From Desulfurococcales archaeon ex4484_204 (lineage in GTDB: Archaea > Thermoproteota > Thermoprotei_A > Sulfolobales > NBVN01), in NCBI GenBank assembly GCA_002255065.1, contig NJEF01000005.1:1-34134 (forward strand): a DNA stretch of 34,134 nucleotides, in the 5' to 3' direction. The notes beneath the pieces were generated by a model. That model saw nothing but the letters and a program-made list of their open reading frames with translations. It was not told the DNA's origin and made no database searches. How positions within the stretch are numbered: the first letter of the stretch is position 1; the number at the start of each line of letters is the position of its first letter. The position numbers were made by a program, and so were the translations under genes. This document shows positions 17,789 to 25,861 of this stretch, piece after piece.

Positions 17789-18025
17789 GTGGGTAGGGCT
17801 GGTAACGAGTTAGAGGAGTTGGAAGTAGCCATACTGAGGTTGCTAGAAACCTTAGAGGTAGGTAGCTTTAAGGATTTAGCGGAGGGGCTTGAGAGAGAAG
17901 GCTACGTTATAAATAGGTTAGTACTTAGAAAGGTTATCTCTGACATGTTAAGAAGTGGTGTAATCGTTAAGGATAAGCATCCGTCTAAACCTAGGTTTAT
18001 CTACAGAGCAGCATCTAAGCCCTAG
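17789..18025 (+). CDS. small winged-helix (wHTH) DNA-binding protein
   Basis: The start is GTG, about 23 nt downstream of ctataaag (leaderless-type spacing). The pattern LEVAILRLLETLEVGSFKDLAEGL...LVLRKVISDMLRSGVIV is typical of ArsR/MarR-like wHTH proteins. The 3' end overlaps the PCNA 3' end by 11 nt (convergent). Confidence 0.5.
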   Translation: MGRAGNELEELEVAILRLLETLEVGSFKDLAEGLEREGYVINRLVLRKVISDMLRSGVIVKDKHPSKPRFIYRAASKP

Positions 18026-18767
18026 GTGCTATCCAAATATTTATTCTCGACCCATCCTCCATGTTCATTGAGATCTTCAGGGGTAGCCCCGAGCCGAACT
18101 CAAGTGTGATGAGGTCAGTTACATCGAATGCTGGAACGACCGCTCTAAGCATATCTACATCGTATTTACTTGAAGCTGTTGACTCCTTAGATTCAAGGCT
18201 ATAGAGGGGTTTATCCATTGTTAAAATTTCCTTAAACATCCTGCCCTCAGATTTCACCGTAGCCTCTATAAAGCCTTCCTTATACGTAAGCTCTAGTTCC
18301 TCACCAATAATCTTCGAATCCCTTATAAGCTTCTTAAGATCCTCACTAGCTATTTGAAGTCTCACCGGTAAGTCTAGCTGAAGAGACTGAATGAGCTCCC
18401 TACCAGCCTCACTCAACTCCACCTCAAAAAATCTCTCAGTGCCCGTCCTCGCATTCACCAACACCACCCTCATAGTCCTTGAACCCTCCTCGTACACCAG
18501 CGTAACGCTATCCCTTTTAGTCGCCCTTCTAGCTACCTTAAGGAACTGATCCCTAGACGCCGTTATGGAGGTTTCAGAGGTGCAGTCAAAGGACTCAAAA
18601 GCGCTCCGCGGCATTACTACCTCTATCAAGATGTTCTTATCGGGACTAAGAGACCTTATTAAGAACTCATCTAAAGAAACCTTAATTGGAACCTCATCAA
18701 GGGGTTTTAAAACACCGAGCATCATCTTCTTGAAAACACTTCCATCAGGATACGTAACCCTGAACAC
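18015..18767 (-). CDS. pcn: DNA polymerase sliding clamp (PCNA)
   Basis: The gene is 250 aa. The N-terminus (VTYPDGSVFKKMMLGVLKPLDEVPIKVSLDEFLIRSLSPDKNILIEVVMPRSAFESFDC) and the two-domain repeat pattern are typical of crenarchaeal PCNA subunits. Confidence 0.85.
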   Translation of the reverse strand: MFRVTYPDGSVFKKMMLGVLKPLDEVPIKVSLDEFLIRSLSPDKNILIEVVMPRSAFESFDCTSETSITASRDQFLKVARRATKRDSVTLVYEEGSRTMRVVLVNARTGTERFFEVELSEAGRELIQSLQLDLPVRLQIASEDLKKLIRDSKIIGEELELTYKEGFIEATVKSEGRMFKEILTMDKPLYSLESKESTASSKYDVDMLRAVVPAFDVTDLITLEFGSGLPLKISMNMEDGSRINIWIAPRA

Positions 18768-18832
18768 TTAAGCCCCCTTATATCTCTTCACTCAGGGGTT
18801 TTTGAGTATTTTAAACATTAATTTAAGCTTAG

Positions 18833-19228
18833 ATGCTTAGTAAAGTAGGGTGCAGGATAGTGACGTTAAAGATAACTAAAGACTTCACGGGGTACATACA
18901 CGTGGAAGGAGATATTGACGTGTTGGTAAGGTTCCTTAAGTGCCTTAGCAAAAGCTTTGGTGAAAGCGATGACATTAGCGACACTTTAAGGATCCTTAAT
19001 AACTTTGACGTGTTTTACTCGATGCTTAAAAGAAAATTTAAAGATTACATAGCACCTAGAAAGAGCGAGCGTGACCTAATCCATGGAAAAGTTGTGGTAG
19101 ATAAGGTAAAGCTTATCAGGAATGCTGAAAGGAGGGCTATCATAGTGCTCGATAAGAGGGTGAGTCAGAGAGCTATAATCAACTTGCTTAAGGAGACGAA
19201 CTTAGAGTTCGTGGCCTCCAATATATGA
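18833..19228 (+). CDS. hypothetical protein (131 aa)
   Basis: The ORF is divergent from PCNA, with an A/T-rich upstream region (tattttaaacattaatttaag). No motif was recognised. Confidence 0.4.
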   Translation: MLSKVGCRIVTLKITKDFTGYIHVEGDIDVLVRFLKCLSKSFGESDDISDTLRILNNFDVFYSMLKRKFKDYIAPRKSERDLIHGKVVVDKVKLIRNAERRAIIVLDKRVSQRAIINLLKETNLEFVASNI

Positions 19229-19229
19229 G

Positions 19230-19517
19230 TCATCTCTTCCTTTTCCTCTTAGACCTCCTCTCCTTAACTCTAGGAAGGCTTCTCAACTTACTTATCTCGG
19301 TACTTGCCTCCTCAACACCTATAGCACCGCTCGCTGCTAGTATGAGGAGGTCGCTAACCTTTAACATAGTCTCAAGCTGACCTACGTTTATTGTAGCTGT
19401 CACAGCCTCCTCAACCTCTGTCGGTATGTACTCCTCCGGTTTCTCCTCAGACTCCTCCTTAACCTCCTCAAGAACCTCCTCAGCTACCTCCTTTTCCTCA
19501 GCTACCTCCTCACGCAA
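19230..19517 (-). CDS. small protein with acidic N-terminus and Arg/Lys C-terminal tail; possible RNA polymerase subunit Rpo13
   Basis: The sequence has an acidic N-terminus (MREEVAEEKEVAEEVLEEVKEESEEKPEE), a helical core (GQLETMLKVSDLL...SGAIGVEEASTEISKL) and a basic tail (KERRSKRKRKR). The layout and the G-x-I-x-V-E/D-E-A core resemble Sulfolobus Rpo13 as I remember it. It lies 12 nt downstream of the membrane HerA-type ATPase on the same strand. Confidence 0.5.
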   Translation of the reverse strand: MREEVAEEKEVAEEVLEEVKEESEEKPEEYIPTEVEEAVTATINVGQLETMLKVSDLLILAASGAIGVEEASTEISKLRSLPRVKERRSKRKRKR

Positions 19518-19529
19518 AAAGATCCCGCC

Positions 19530-21332
19530 TTACACGTAATACCTATTTAAAATATAAGTTTTAATGTGGTAAACAACGTTATTACCTCTAAGCCAGGCCA
19601 GCGCCTCAAAGTTGGGAAGCCTTGGTAGCTCCTCACGGATAAGCCTAAACATGCTTTGCACACCACCAGATACAACCTTAGCTATGTAGGAAGCACCGGT
19701 AGCTTCAGCTAGGGAGAAGGAGATAACTACCTTAGCATTCGTTAAAGCAGAAGTGTCTAGGCGTAAGGGATCCTGCGATATCACGACAACAGCAACACCA
19801 AACTTCCTCCCCTCACACAGCATCCTAGCTAAGGTCGACCTCCTACCCTTACCTAAATACCTATGGGCCTCCTCAACAACTAGTAGTACGGTACCTCCAT
19901 ACCTTTTAACAGCGTAGAAGAGCATTTCAAGGGCTGTCTCAACGTACACCCTAGATAAGGACTCGCTCTCAATAACGCTTAAATCGATTACTGAGACACC
20001 GCTAATGAGGTCTTCAGGCCTCACCCAGTAGGTTACCTCCCTCTTAAACCTAAGCATCCTTATGTATGGAATCAACGATCTATATACGTCCCTAGCGAAC
20101 TCAAGCGAATCCTTAGCCCCCGAACTAGAACCTACTATAGCTTTTGTAAGAGCCTCCTCTAGGCTATCTAACGTTGGGTTATCAACTCTCCTATAAAGCT
20201 CTAGCACTATCTTCTGGAGAGCTGATCTCTGAATGTTACCGAGCCTGAATGACGATGCTATAAGGTCTGCGACTTCCTTAGCCCTAACACTAGGCTCCTT
20301 ATCAAGTCTGTCAAGAATATTCACGGGGTTCTCAACAGGGGTGAAGACCTTAGCCCCGCTAATACCTCTGTACTCACCATGTGTATCGATGATTAGGATA
20401 GCCCCACCTAGCTTCTCAGCGACTTGTTTAACTATAGCCTTACCTAACATGGACTTCCCGCTCCCTGACGCCCCAACAATAACTATGTGGTTGTTCTCAC
20501 CGTGCTTGAAAGGAACCTCTAGGACCTTTCCTGGCGCTTTACGCCACCTGCCTTTACTAAGGACCTTAATAACTCTACCTAACACTACCCCCTCCCCGGC
20601 TGCTACGGGCTCCCCTCCCCTAACGTCTATTAGGGTGAGGGCTAGGGGTAGTGAGAGAGGTATGAATGTTAGCACAGCGGACCACACGTAGACAAGCCCT
20701 GGACTTGATAAAGCTCTATCAGCGTTAGTTAAGGCGATTAAGAAGAAGGTAGCAACTATGGTGAATACGTAGAGGATCGTGGCGGAGTCATTAAGAGGTT
20801 TTACGTTGATTAAGGGTAGCACTACGTGTAGTAGCCCGAGTTTAAGCGTTAATGGGATGCCTAAGTACTTAAGGCCGTAGTACAGCAATGATGTATTTAT
20901 TATAGTAAAGCCCAGCAAGCCTGCTAGGGCTATGAACACGTTGCTACTTAAGCTCCTGTAGCTCTTCCCGATACCACGCGGTATTCTCAGGGACTTAAAG
21001 AATGAGGACCCTATCAGGAACGTTATAGAGTATACTAGGAGGTACAGCGTGAATAGCTCACGGATAAACTCCCTACTCATGCTCCTTGTATCTAGAACGA
21101 CTGCTAGGCTAGCTATGAATATTAGCTCAGCTACGGCGATCCTAATACTACCAGATCTTCCACCCACATACCCAGCAATCCCCACTAAGACGTAAGTGAG
21201 TATGGTGCCGAGAGCTAGCGTTGGTAGGCCTTCATGGGCTAACTGAACTATAAGAATCGCCACTAAGGCGTTAACTACGGTCAGCGCTAACGATACAGCT
21301 AGCTCTCCCTTCTTAGCCGTATCTCCGTACAT
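19530..21332 (-). CDS. Polytopic membrane protein fused to a HerA/FtsK-type (DUF87-like) P-loop ATPase
   Basis: The N-terminal region of about 240 aa has roughly 7-8 hydrophobic helices. It is followed by Walker A (HIVIVGASGSGKS), IIDTHGEY, Walker B (TVLLVVEEAHRYL) and CEGRKFGVAVVVISQDP. These match the HerA/VirB4-type ATPase motif order. Confidence 0.85.
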   Translation of the reverse strand: MYGDTAKKGELAVSLALTVVNALVAILIVQLAHEGLPTLALGTILTYVLVGIAGYVGGRSGSIRIAVAELIFIASLAVVLDTRSMSREFIRELFTLYLLVYSITFLIGSSFFKSLRIPRGIGKSYRSLSSNVFIALAGLLGFTIINTSLLYYGLKYLGIPLTLKLGLLHVVLPLINVKPLNDSATILYVFTIVATFFLIALTNADRALSSPGLVYVWSAVLTFIPLSLPLALTLIDVRGGEPVAAGEGVVLGRVIKVLSKGRWRKAPGKVLEVPFKHGENNHIVIVGASGSGKSMLGKAIVKQVAEKLGGAILIIDTHGEYRGISGAKVFTPVENPVNILDRLDKEPSVRAKEVADLIASSFRLGNIQRSALQKIVLELYRRVDNPTLDSLEEALTKAIVGSSSGAKDSLEFARDVYRSLIPYIRMLRFKREVTYWVRPEDLISGVSVIDLSVIESESLSRVYVETALEMLFYAVKRYGGTVLLVVEEAHRYLGKGRRSTLARMLCEGRKFGVAVVVISQDPLRLDTSALTNAKVVISFSLAEATGASYIAKVVSGGVQSMFRLIREELPRLPNFEALAWLRGNNVVYHIKTYILNRYYV

Positions 21333-21394
21333 TACCTTTCAATATAAAATTACGGTATTAAAGCTGTAAAAATTACTTGTCTTAGTGATACCTG
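21333..21394. promoter_or_regulatory. 62-bp divergent promoter region between the membrane ATPase and the Lhr-type helicase
   Basis: The spacer is A/T-rich, with TATA-like elements on both strands: aatataaaat (21341-21350), gtattaaag (21356-21364) and gtaaaaatta (21366-21375). These lie about 25 nt from the two start codons (ATG 21332 on the minus strand, GTG 21395 on the plus strand). Confidence 0.4.
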
Positions 21395-23143
21395 GTGGGA
21401 AGGGTAAGACGACTTAGTGCTGACGTGGTCGAGATACTGAGGAACTTAGGGTTCAGCACCCTCACCGAGATTCAGAGGAGAGCTATCCCTAAGGTCCTAG
21501 GAGGTCGCCACGTCATAATTATAGCACCCACAGGGAGCGGGAAGACAGAGGCTGCTTTCCTACCTGTAGTTAATGAGATCACCTGTAATAGATTAAAGCC
21601 TATAGCTGCTCTTTACATAACACCTCTAAGAGCTCTTAATAGGGACATATTTAGAAGGCTTAAAGAATTCGCTAGTAAGTTGAATATTCAGGTAGAGGTG
21701 AGGCATGGAGATACCACGCAGAGGAGGCGAAGGCTGATCAGGGAGAAGCCTCCCCACGTCTTAATAACCACCCCTGAAACTCTCTCGCTTATCTTGGTGG
21801 ATAAGGCCCTAAGAACTCACCTTAGAAATGTAAGGTACGTAATTATTGATGAATTCCACGATGTGCTATCTAGTAAGAGGGGCTCACACCTCCTCGCAGA
21901 TCTTGAGAGGCTTAGGAGGGTTGCAAGAAGCTTTCAACGCATAGCCCTCTCAGCAAGCATAGGGGACGTTAACCTAGTTAAGGAGGCCTTAGCACCTTCT
22001 TCAGTAGTTGATGAGGCAGTGCTAAGTACTGTTAGGAAAGCTAACATAGTTGTTAAAGCTCCTGGACTCTATGGAGGTAAGTTTCTTGATAAGGTCGATC
22101 TAATATCGTCCTTAATCAGGGACTACGGTAGTACGATAATATTCACTAATACACGTAACGAGGCAGAATGGCTCGGCTCTAAGATCTTAACAAAGGGTTT
22201 TAACGTCTCCGTACATCATGGAAGCCTCTCAAGAGTTGAGAGAGAGGAGGTTGAAAGGAGGTTGAGAAGTGGGAAGGTAAGTGCTGTTATAGCCACCTCA
22301 AGCCTTGAGTTGGGGATCGATGTAGGTCACGTTAAGGGGGTAATTCAGGTATCGTCGCCTAGACAAGCTATTAAACTCCTTCAGAGGGTTGGTAGGTCGA
22401 TGCATAGAGTTGGACTGGAGGCTAGGGGGGTTATAGTAACTGACCCTATGGTCGACGATATCTTAGAGTCCCTAGTTATCGCGAGAAGGGCTATAAGTGG
22501 GGACCTAGAAGGTCTTACCCCGTACTTGAAGCCTCTTGATGTACTGGCCCACGTAGTTGTGGGCATGGGGTTGGAGGGCGCGTCGTTTAAGGATGTGTAT
22601 GAGACATTAACACGAAGTTACCCCTTTAGGGACCTTAGTGAGGAAGACTTAAGTAAGGTGGTCGAGCTGCTCGTTAAGCTCGGGTATGTAAGGTTTAATA
22701 AGGGCTTAATCTCAACTACGGGGAGGGGAAGGCTTTATTATTTAAGGAGGACAATGATAGTTGACACATCCCGGTACTCCGTAATAGATGCCGTCAGCAG
22801 GACCTACTTAGGTGACTTAGACGAAGAGTTCGTTGCTACATCGCTAAGCGTCGACTCACTCATAGTGCTTGCTGGAAGGGTCTGGAGGGTGCTGAGTATA
22901 GATGGAGATGCCTTTAAGGTGTTCGTTGAGCCCGCCTCTGAGGAGGAGGCGTTCATACCTACATGGCTTGGCGAGACAATACCTGTTGAGTACCTAGTAG
23001 CGAGGGAGGTTTGTGCTTTAAGGAGGTTGATAGCTGAGAACCGTATACCTAACCACTACCTTAAGCTGGTAGAGAGGAACACCTTATCTTACGCGATAGA
23101 TGCCATAAGTAAGCATGTGAAGAAGGGCTTCCATATTCCGTAG
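21395..23143 (+). CDS. Lhr-type SF2 DEAD/DEAH-box helicase, core (RecA1-RecA2-WH-domain 4)
   Basis: The motifs are Q-like (LTEIQRRAIP), motif I (IIAPTGSGKTEAA), Ia (LYITPLRALNRD), II (IIDEFH), III (SAS), V-VI (ATSSLELGIDVG...QRVGRSMH), the WH segment (LDVLAHVVVG) and the domain 4 pattern (GDLDEEFV...LAGRVWRVLSID...IPTWLGE). The start is GTG. Confidence 0.85.
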   Translation: MGRVRRLSADVVEILRNLGFSTLTEIQRRAIPKVLGGRHVIIIAPTGSGKTEAAFLPVVNEITCNRLKPIAALYITPLRALNRDIFRRLKEFASKLNIQVEVRHGDTTQRRRRLIREKPPHVLITTPETLSLILVDKALRTHLRNVRYVIIDEFHDVLSSKRGSHLLADLERLRRVARSFQRIALSASIGDVNLVKEALAPSSVVDEAVLSTVRKANIVVKAPGLYGGKFLDKVDLISSLIRDYGSTIIFTNTRNEAEWLGSKILTKGFNVSVHHGSLSRVEREEVERRLRSGKVSAVIATSSLELGIDVGHVKGVIQVSSPRQAIKLLQRVGRSMHRVGLEARGVIVTDPMVDDILESLVIARRAISGDLEGLTPYLKPLDVLAHVVVGMGLEGASFKDVYETLTRSYPFRDLSEEDLSKVVELLVKLGYVRFNKGLISTTGRGRLYYLRRTMIVDTSRYSVIDAVSRTYLGDLDEEFVATSLSVDSLIVLAGRVWRVLSIDGDAFKVFVEPASEEEAFIPTWLGETIPVEYLVAREVCALRRLIAENRIPNHYLKLVERNTLSYAIDAISKHVKKGFHIP

Positions 23144-23163
23144 ACGTTAATGAATTAGCTAAC

Positions 23164-23931
23164 ATGGTTGTTCAAGTACTTCGCGACCTCACCTCCTCTA
23201 GCAAGGCGGACTTGGTGTTAAGTATTGAGGACTCATTAAAAGGCTCACCGCTGCATGGGTACGTAGCCTATAGGGTTCTAAGCAGGCTAGGAATAATACC
23301 TAAGAACGCGCCCATGAACATTATTAAGACTATCATTAGGAGATATGCTCAGGAAGAGGTCATTCGTAAAGAGATTATAAACGAACTAGTTACTAAGTAC
23401 CTTGACGTAAGCGCCTTACTGAGCTACTTAAGGGGTATCGCCTCAGGTAGGGTGGGGGTTAGGACTATCATTACCTCTACGCCATCACCGCTAGCTGAGG
23501 AGGGCGCTAAGCCTCCTGGGGGCGGGAGGGTAAGGTTTAGTGCCTTACCTAAAAGCGTAATAGCTGCACTTATGAAGAAGAGGCTATACTCAAGGGAGGT
23601 AGATCTCGTGTGTATGGTCTGTAAGCACCTATGGAGGGCTAGGATAGATGAGTTACCGGATAAGGTTAGGTGCCCTAAATGCGTGAGCGCTGGTAGGAAC
23701 TACAGGTTCGTTCTTAATGAAGATGAGAAGGAGATTTTCGAGAAGCTCTTAGATACAGCGAAGCTTACCCTGGTATATGGCAGGAAAGCTATTATAGCCC
23801 TTAACGCACATGGTGTGGGCCCCGCTTCAGCGAAGAGAGTATTGAATATTGAAGATGAGGAGGAGTTCCTCTACACGCTCTATCAGCTTGAGAGACAGTA
23901 CTTAAGGACGAGGAGGTTCTGGAGGGACTGA
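23164..23931 (+). CDS. Lhr-type helicase C-terminal portion (zinc-ribbon-containing), encoded as a separate ORF in another frame
   Basis: This 255-aa ORF follows the helicase core directly and contains a CxxC...CxxC ribbon (CMVCKHLW...RCPKCVS). Its frame is already open from 23113 and overlaps the end of the core ORF. That fits a single frameshift or a natural split. Confidence 0.65.
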   Translation: MVVQVLRDLTSSSKADLVLSIEDSLKGSPLHGYVAYRVLSRLGIIPKNAPMNIIKTIIRRYAQEEVIRKEIINELVTKYLDVSALLSYLRGIASGRVGVRTIITSTPSPLAEEGAKPPGGGRVRFSALPKSVIAALMKKRLYSREVDLVCMVCKHLWRARIDELPDKVRCPKCVSAGRNYRFVLNEDEKEIFEKLLDTAKLTLVYGRKAIIALNAHGVGPASAKRVLNIEDEEEFLYTLYQLERQYLRTRRFWRD

Positions 23932-23986
23932 GTACGCCTGGCTAGCTTTATATAACCTAGTAAACACATTATGACTGGCTGAGGTA

Positions 23987-25357
23987 ATGCCCTGGTCAGT
24001 AATTAACATATTAAGAAAGAACCCCGATTTAATGCGCTGGAACATGCTACGCAGGTTTAAAGACCCGCGCATTGTTGATGAGTTCGTTAGGGCTGACAGG
24101 GAGTGGCGGAGGATACAGAGGGAGCTCAACGAGTTAAGGCATAAGCATAACCTAATTAGTTCGGAGATACCTAGGCTACCGCAGGATCTGAGAAGTAAGA
24201 GGATTAAGGAGGCTAGGGAGCTCCTTGGCATTATTAAAGAGCATGAAAGGAGGTTGAAGGAGGTGGGTAAGTATAGGGATAGGCTGTTAAGTGCGATGCC
24301 GAGCATCCTGCACAAGGAGGTGCCTGTAGGGCCTAACGAGCTATTCAACAGGGTCGTTAGGGTGTGGGGTAGGGCCAGGGTTCAGAGAAGGCATTTAAGA
24401 TTATTCCTATCAGAGACCCTAGCAAAGGGCTTCAGGATGGACTACGAAATAATAGACTACGAAGTCATGGGGCATGCCGATGTTCTTGAGAAGGTGTTAA
24501 AGCTGGGGAACACTTTAAAGGCTGGTAAGGTTTCTGGCTCGAGGTTCTACTACCTCCTCGACGACATCGTTTGGCTGGACTTCGCCCTCCTCATGTACGC
24601 CGTTGACTACCTAACGAGGAAGAGGTTTAGGTTGGTGCTACCGCCTTACATGCTAAAGGGTAAGTACATGGCCGCGGTAGAGGAGCTTGAAGCTTTTAAA
24701 GACGCCCTATATAAGATTGAGGACGAGGACTTATACCTCATAGCAACTGCTGAGCACCCTCTTGCAGCGTTTAGGGCGGATGAGGTGATACCGGAGGAGG
24801 AGCTCCCGCTTCTCTACGTAGGCATTAGCCCCTGCTTTAGGAAGGAGGCTGGTGCTGCTAGTAGGGATATTAAGGGTATTTTCAGGGTTCACCAATTCCA
24901 TAAGGTTGAGCAGTTCGCATTCACGTTGCCCGAGCAGAGCTGGGAGATCTTTAACCAGCTAATAAAGAACGCTGAGGAGCTCTACCGAGGATTAGGCGTG
25001 CCCTACAGGGTTGTCAACATAGCTTCCGGCGAGTTAAACCTGAGGGCTGCCATGAAGTACGACCTAGAGGCTTGGTACCCCGCTCAAGGTAGGTTTAGAG
25101 AGTTAGTTAGCTGTAGCAACGTCCTGGATTGGCAGGCTTACAGACTCAACATTAAGTATTTAAGGAGGAAAGGAATGGTTAGAGACTACATCCACATGCT
25201 TAACTCTACAGCAATAGCTAGCACCAGAACCATAACTGCTCTACTAGAGAACTTCCAAAAACCCGATGGAGCTATCGAGATACCTAAGATTCTGAGGAAG
25301 TATTTAGAGCTGTTTAAGGAGGCACCAAAAGATTACATCCTCCCTAAAAGTAGCTAG
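23987..25357 (+). CDS. serS: Seryl-tRNA synthetase
   Basis: The N-terminal coiled-coil arm is ILRKNPDLM...EWRRIQRELNELRHKHNLISSEI. The class II motifs are YLIATAEHPL, GISPCFRKEAG (motif 2 region), RVHQFHKVE and NSTAIASTRTITALLEN (motif 3). Confidence 0.95.
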   Translation: MPWSVINILRKNPDLMRWNMLRRFKDPRIVDEFVRADREWRRIQRELNELRHKHNLISSEIPRLPQDLRSKRIKEARELLGIIKEHERRLKEVGKYRDRLLSAMPSILHKEVPVGPNELFNRVVRVWGRARVQRRHLRLFLSETLAKGFRMDYEIIDYEVMGHADVLEKVLKLGNTLKAGKVSGSRFYYLLDDIVWLDFALLMYAVDYLTRKRFRLVLPPYMLKGKYMAAVEELEAFKDALYKIEDEDLYLIATAEHPLAAFRADEVIPEEELPLLYVGISPCFRKEAGAASRDIKGIFRVHQFHKVEQFAFTLPEQSWEIFNQLIKNAEELYRGLGVPYRVVNIASGELNLRAAMKYDLEAWYPAQGRFRELVSCSNVLDWQAYRLNIKYLRRKGMVRDYIHMLNSTAIASTRTITALLENFQKPDGAIEIPKILRKYLELFKEAPKDYILPKSS

Positions 25358-25460
25358 AGGAGCTCTAAATACACACTGAACACTAATAGGTTGGATCCGA
25401 GAGGACCCAACGAAACACCGAGTAAGGCCGTACTTAAGCCTTAACGTACTGCAGCTCACC

Positions 25461-25820
25461 CTACAAGGGAAATATAAGCCTCCTTAAGTGATCCCACACA
25501 TTAGGTTTAGGCTTCTCACCTTCAACTTTCACTTCACCACATATGGCCCTAAACATCATTAAGGTTAGCTCATCGCTTACATCGGCCCTAGGTAGGTTTT
25601 TAGCCTTGTGGAGAAGTATGTTTAATTCTTCATCGCTAGCATAATTGAGAGGGATACCTCTAAAACCCCCATTCCTCCATCTCTCGTAGAGATTTTGAAG
25701 GATTTCTTGAACCTCATCATCTGAGTAGAAACTAACCTTCCTCCACGGATCTCTGCTCATGTCTATCAACTCTATTATCTCGTTAATCCTTTTGCTCCTG
25801 GTATCCACGCTTACCGCCAT
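25461..25820 (-). CDS. hypothetical protein (119 aa from the internal Met)
   Basis: I place the start at MAVSVDTRSKR (25820) because a TATA-like element lies about 26 nt upstream on the minus strand. The longer track ORF (to 25913) would run through the divergent promoter and into the neighbouring gene. No family was recognised. Confidence 0.45.
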   Translation of the reverse strand: MAVSVDTRSKRINEIIELIDMSRDPWRKVSFYSDDEVQEILQNLYERWRNGGFRGIPLNYASDEELNILLHKAKNLPRADVSDELTLMMFRAICGEVKVEGEKPKPNVWDHLRRLIFPL

Positions 25821-25861
25821 AATTATATAAGGCTTAAATAAGTTAATATTTATGATGAAGT
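25821..25861. promoter_or_regulatory. 41-bp divergent promoter with back-to-back TATA elements
   Basis: The spacer reads aattatataaggcttaaataagttaatatttatgatgaag. The element ttaaataa is centred about 25 nt upstream of GTG 25862. The element aaatattaac on the minus strand lies about 26 nt upstream of ATG 25820. Both genes therefore appear leaderless. Confidence 0.4.

Noticed and set aside
19440-19517. A tandem-like repetition of cctcagctacctcct at the 5' end of the 95-aa gene (minus strand).
   Set aside because: It simply encodes the low-complexity acidic EEVAEE repeats of the protein. It is not an independent DNA repeat element or a CRISPR-like array.
25390-25443. Two short hairpins between the convergent serS and the 25461 gene. 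One is GTTGG-a-TCC-gaga-GGA-c-CCAAC at 25390-25411. The other is TAAGGC...GCCTTA at 25423-25443.
   Set aside because: The stems are short (5-8 bp) and lie in a convergent 3' spacer. Archaeal termination relies mainly on T-tracts, so I would not call these terminators or ncRNAs without transcript data.
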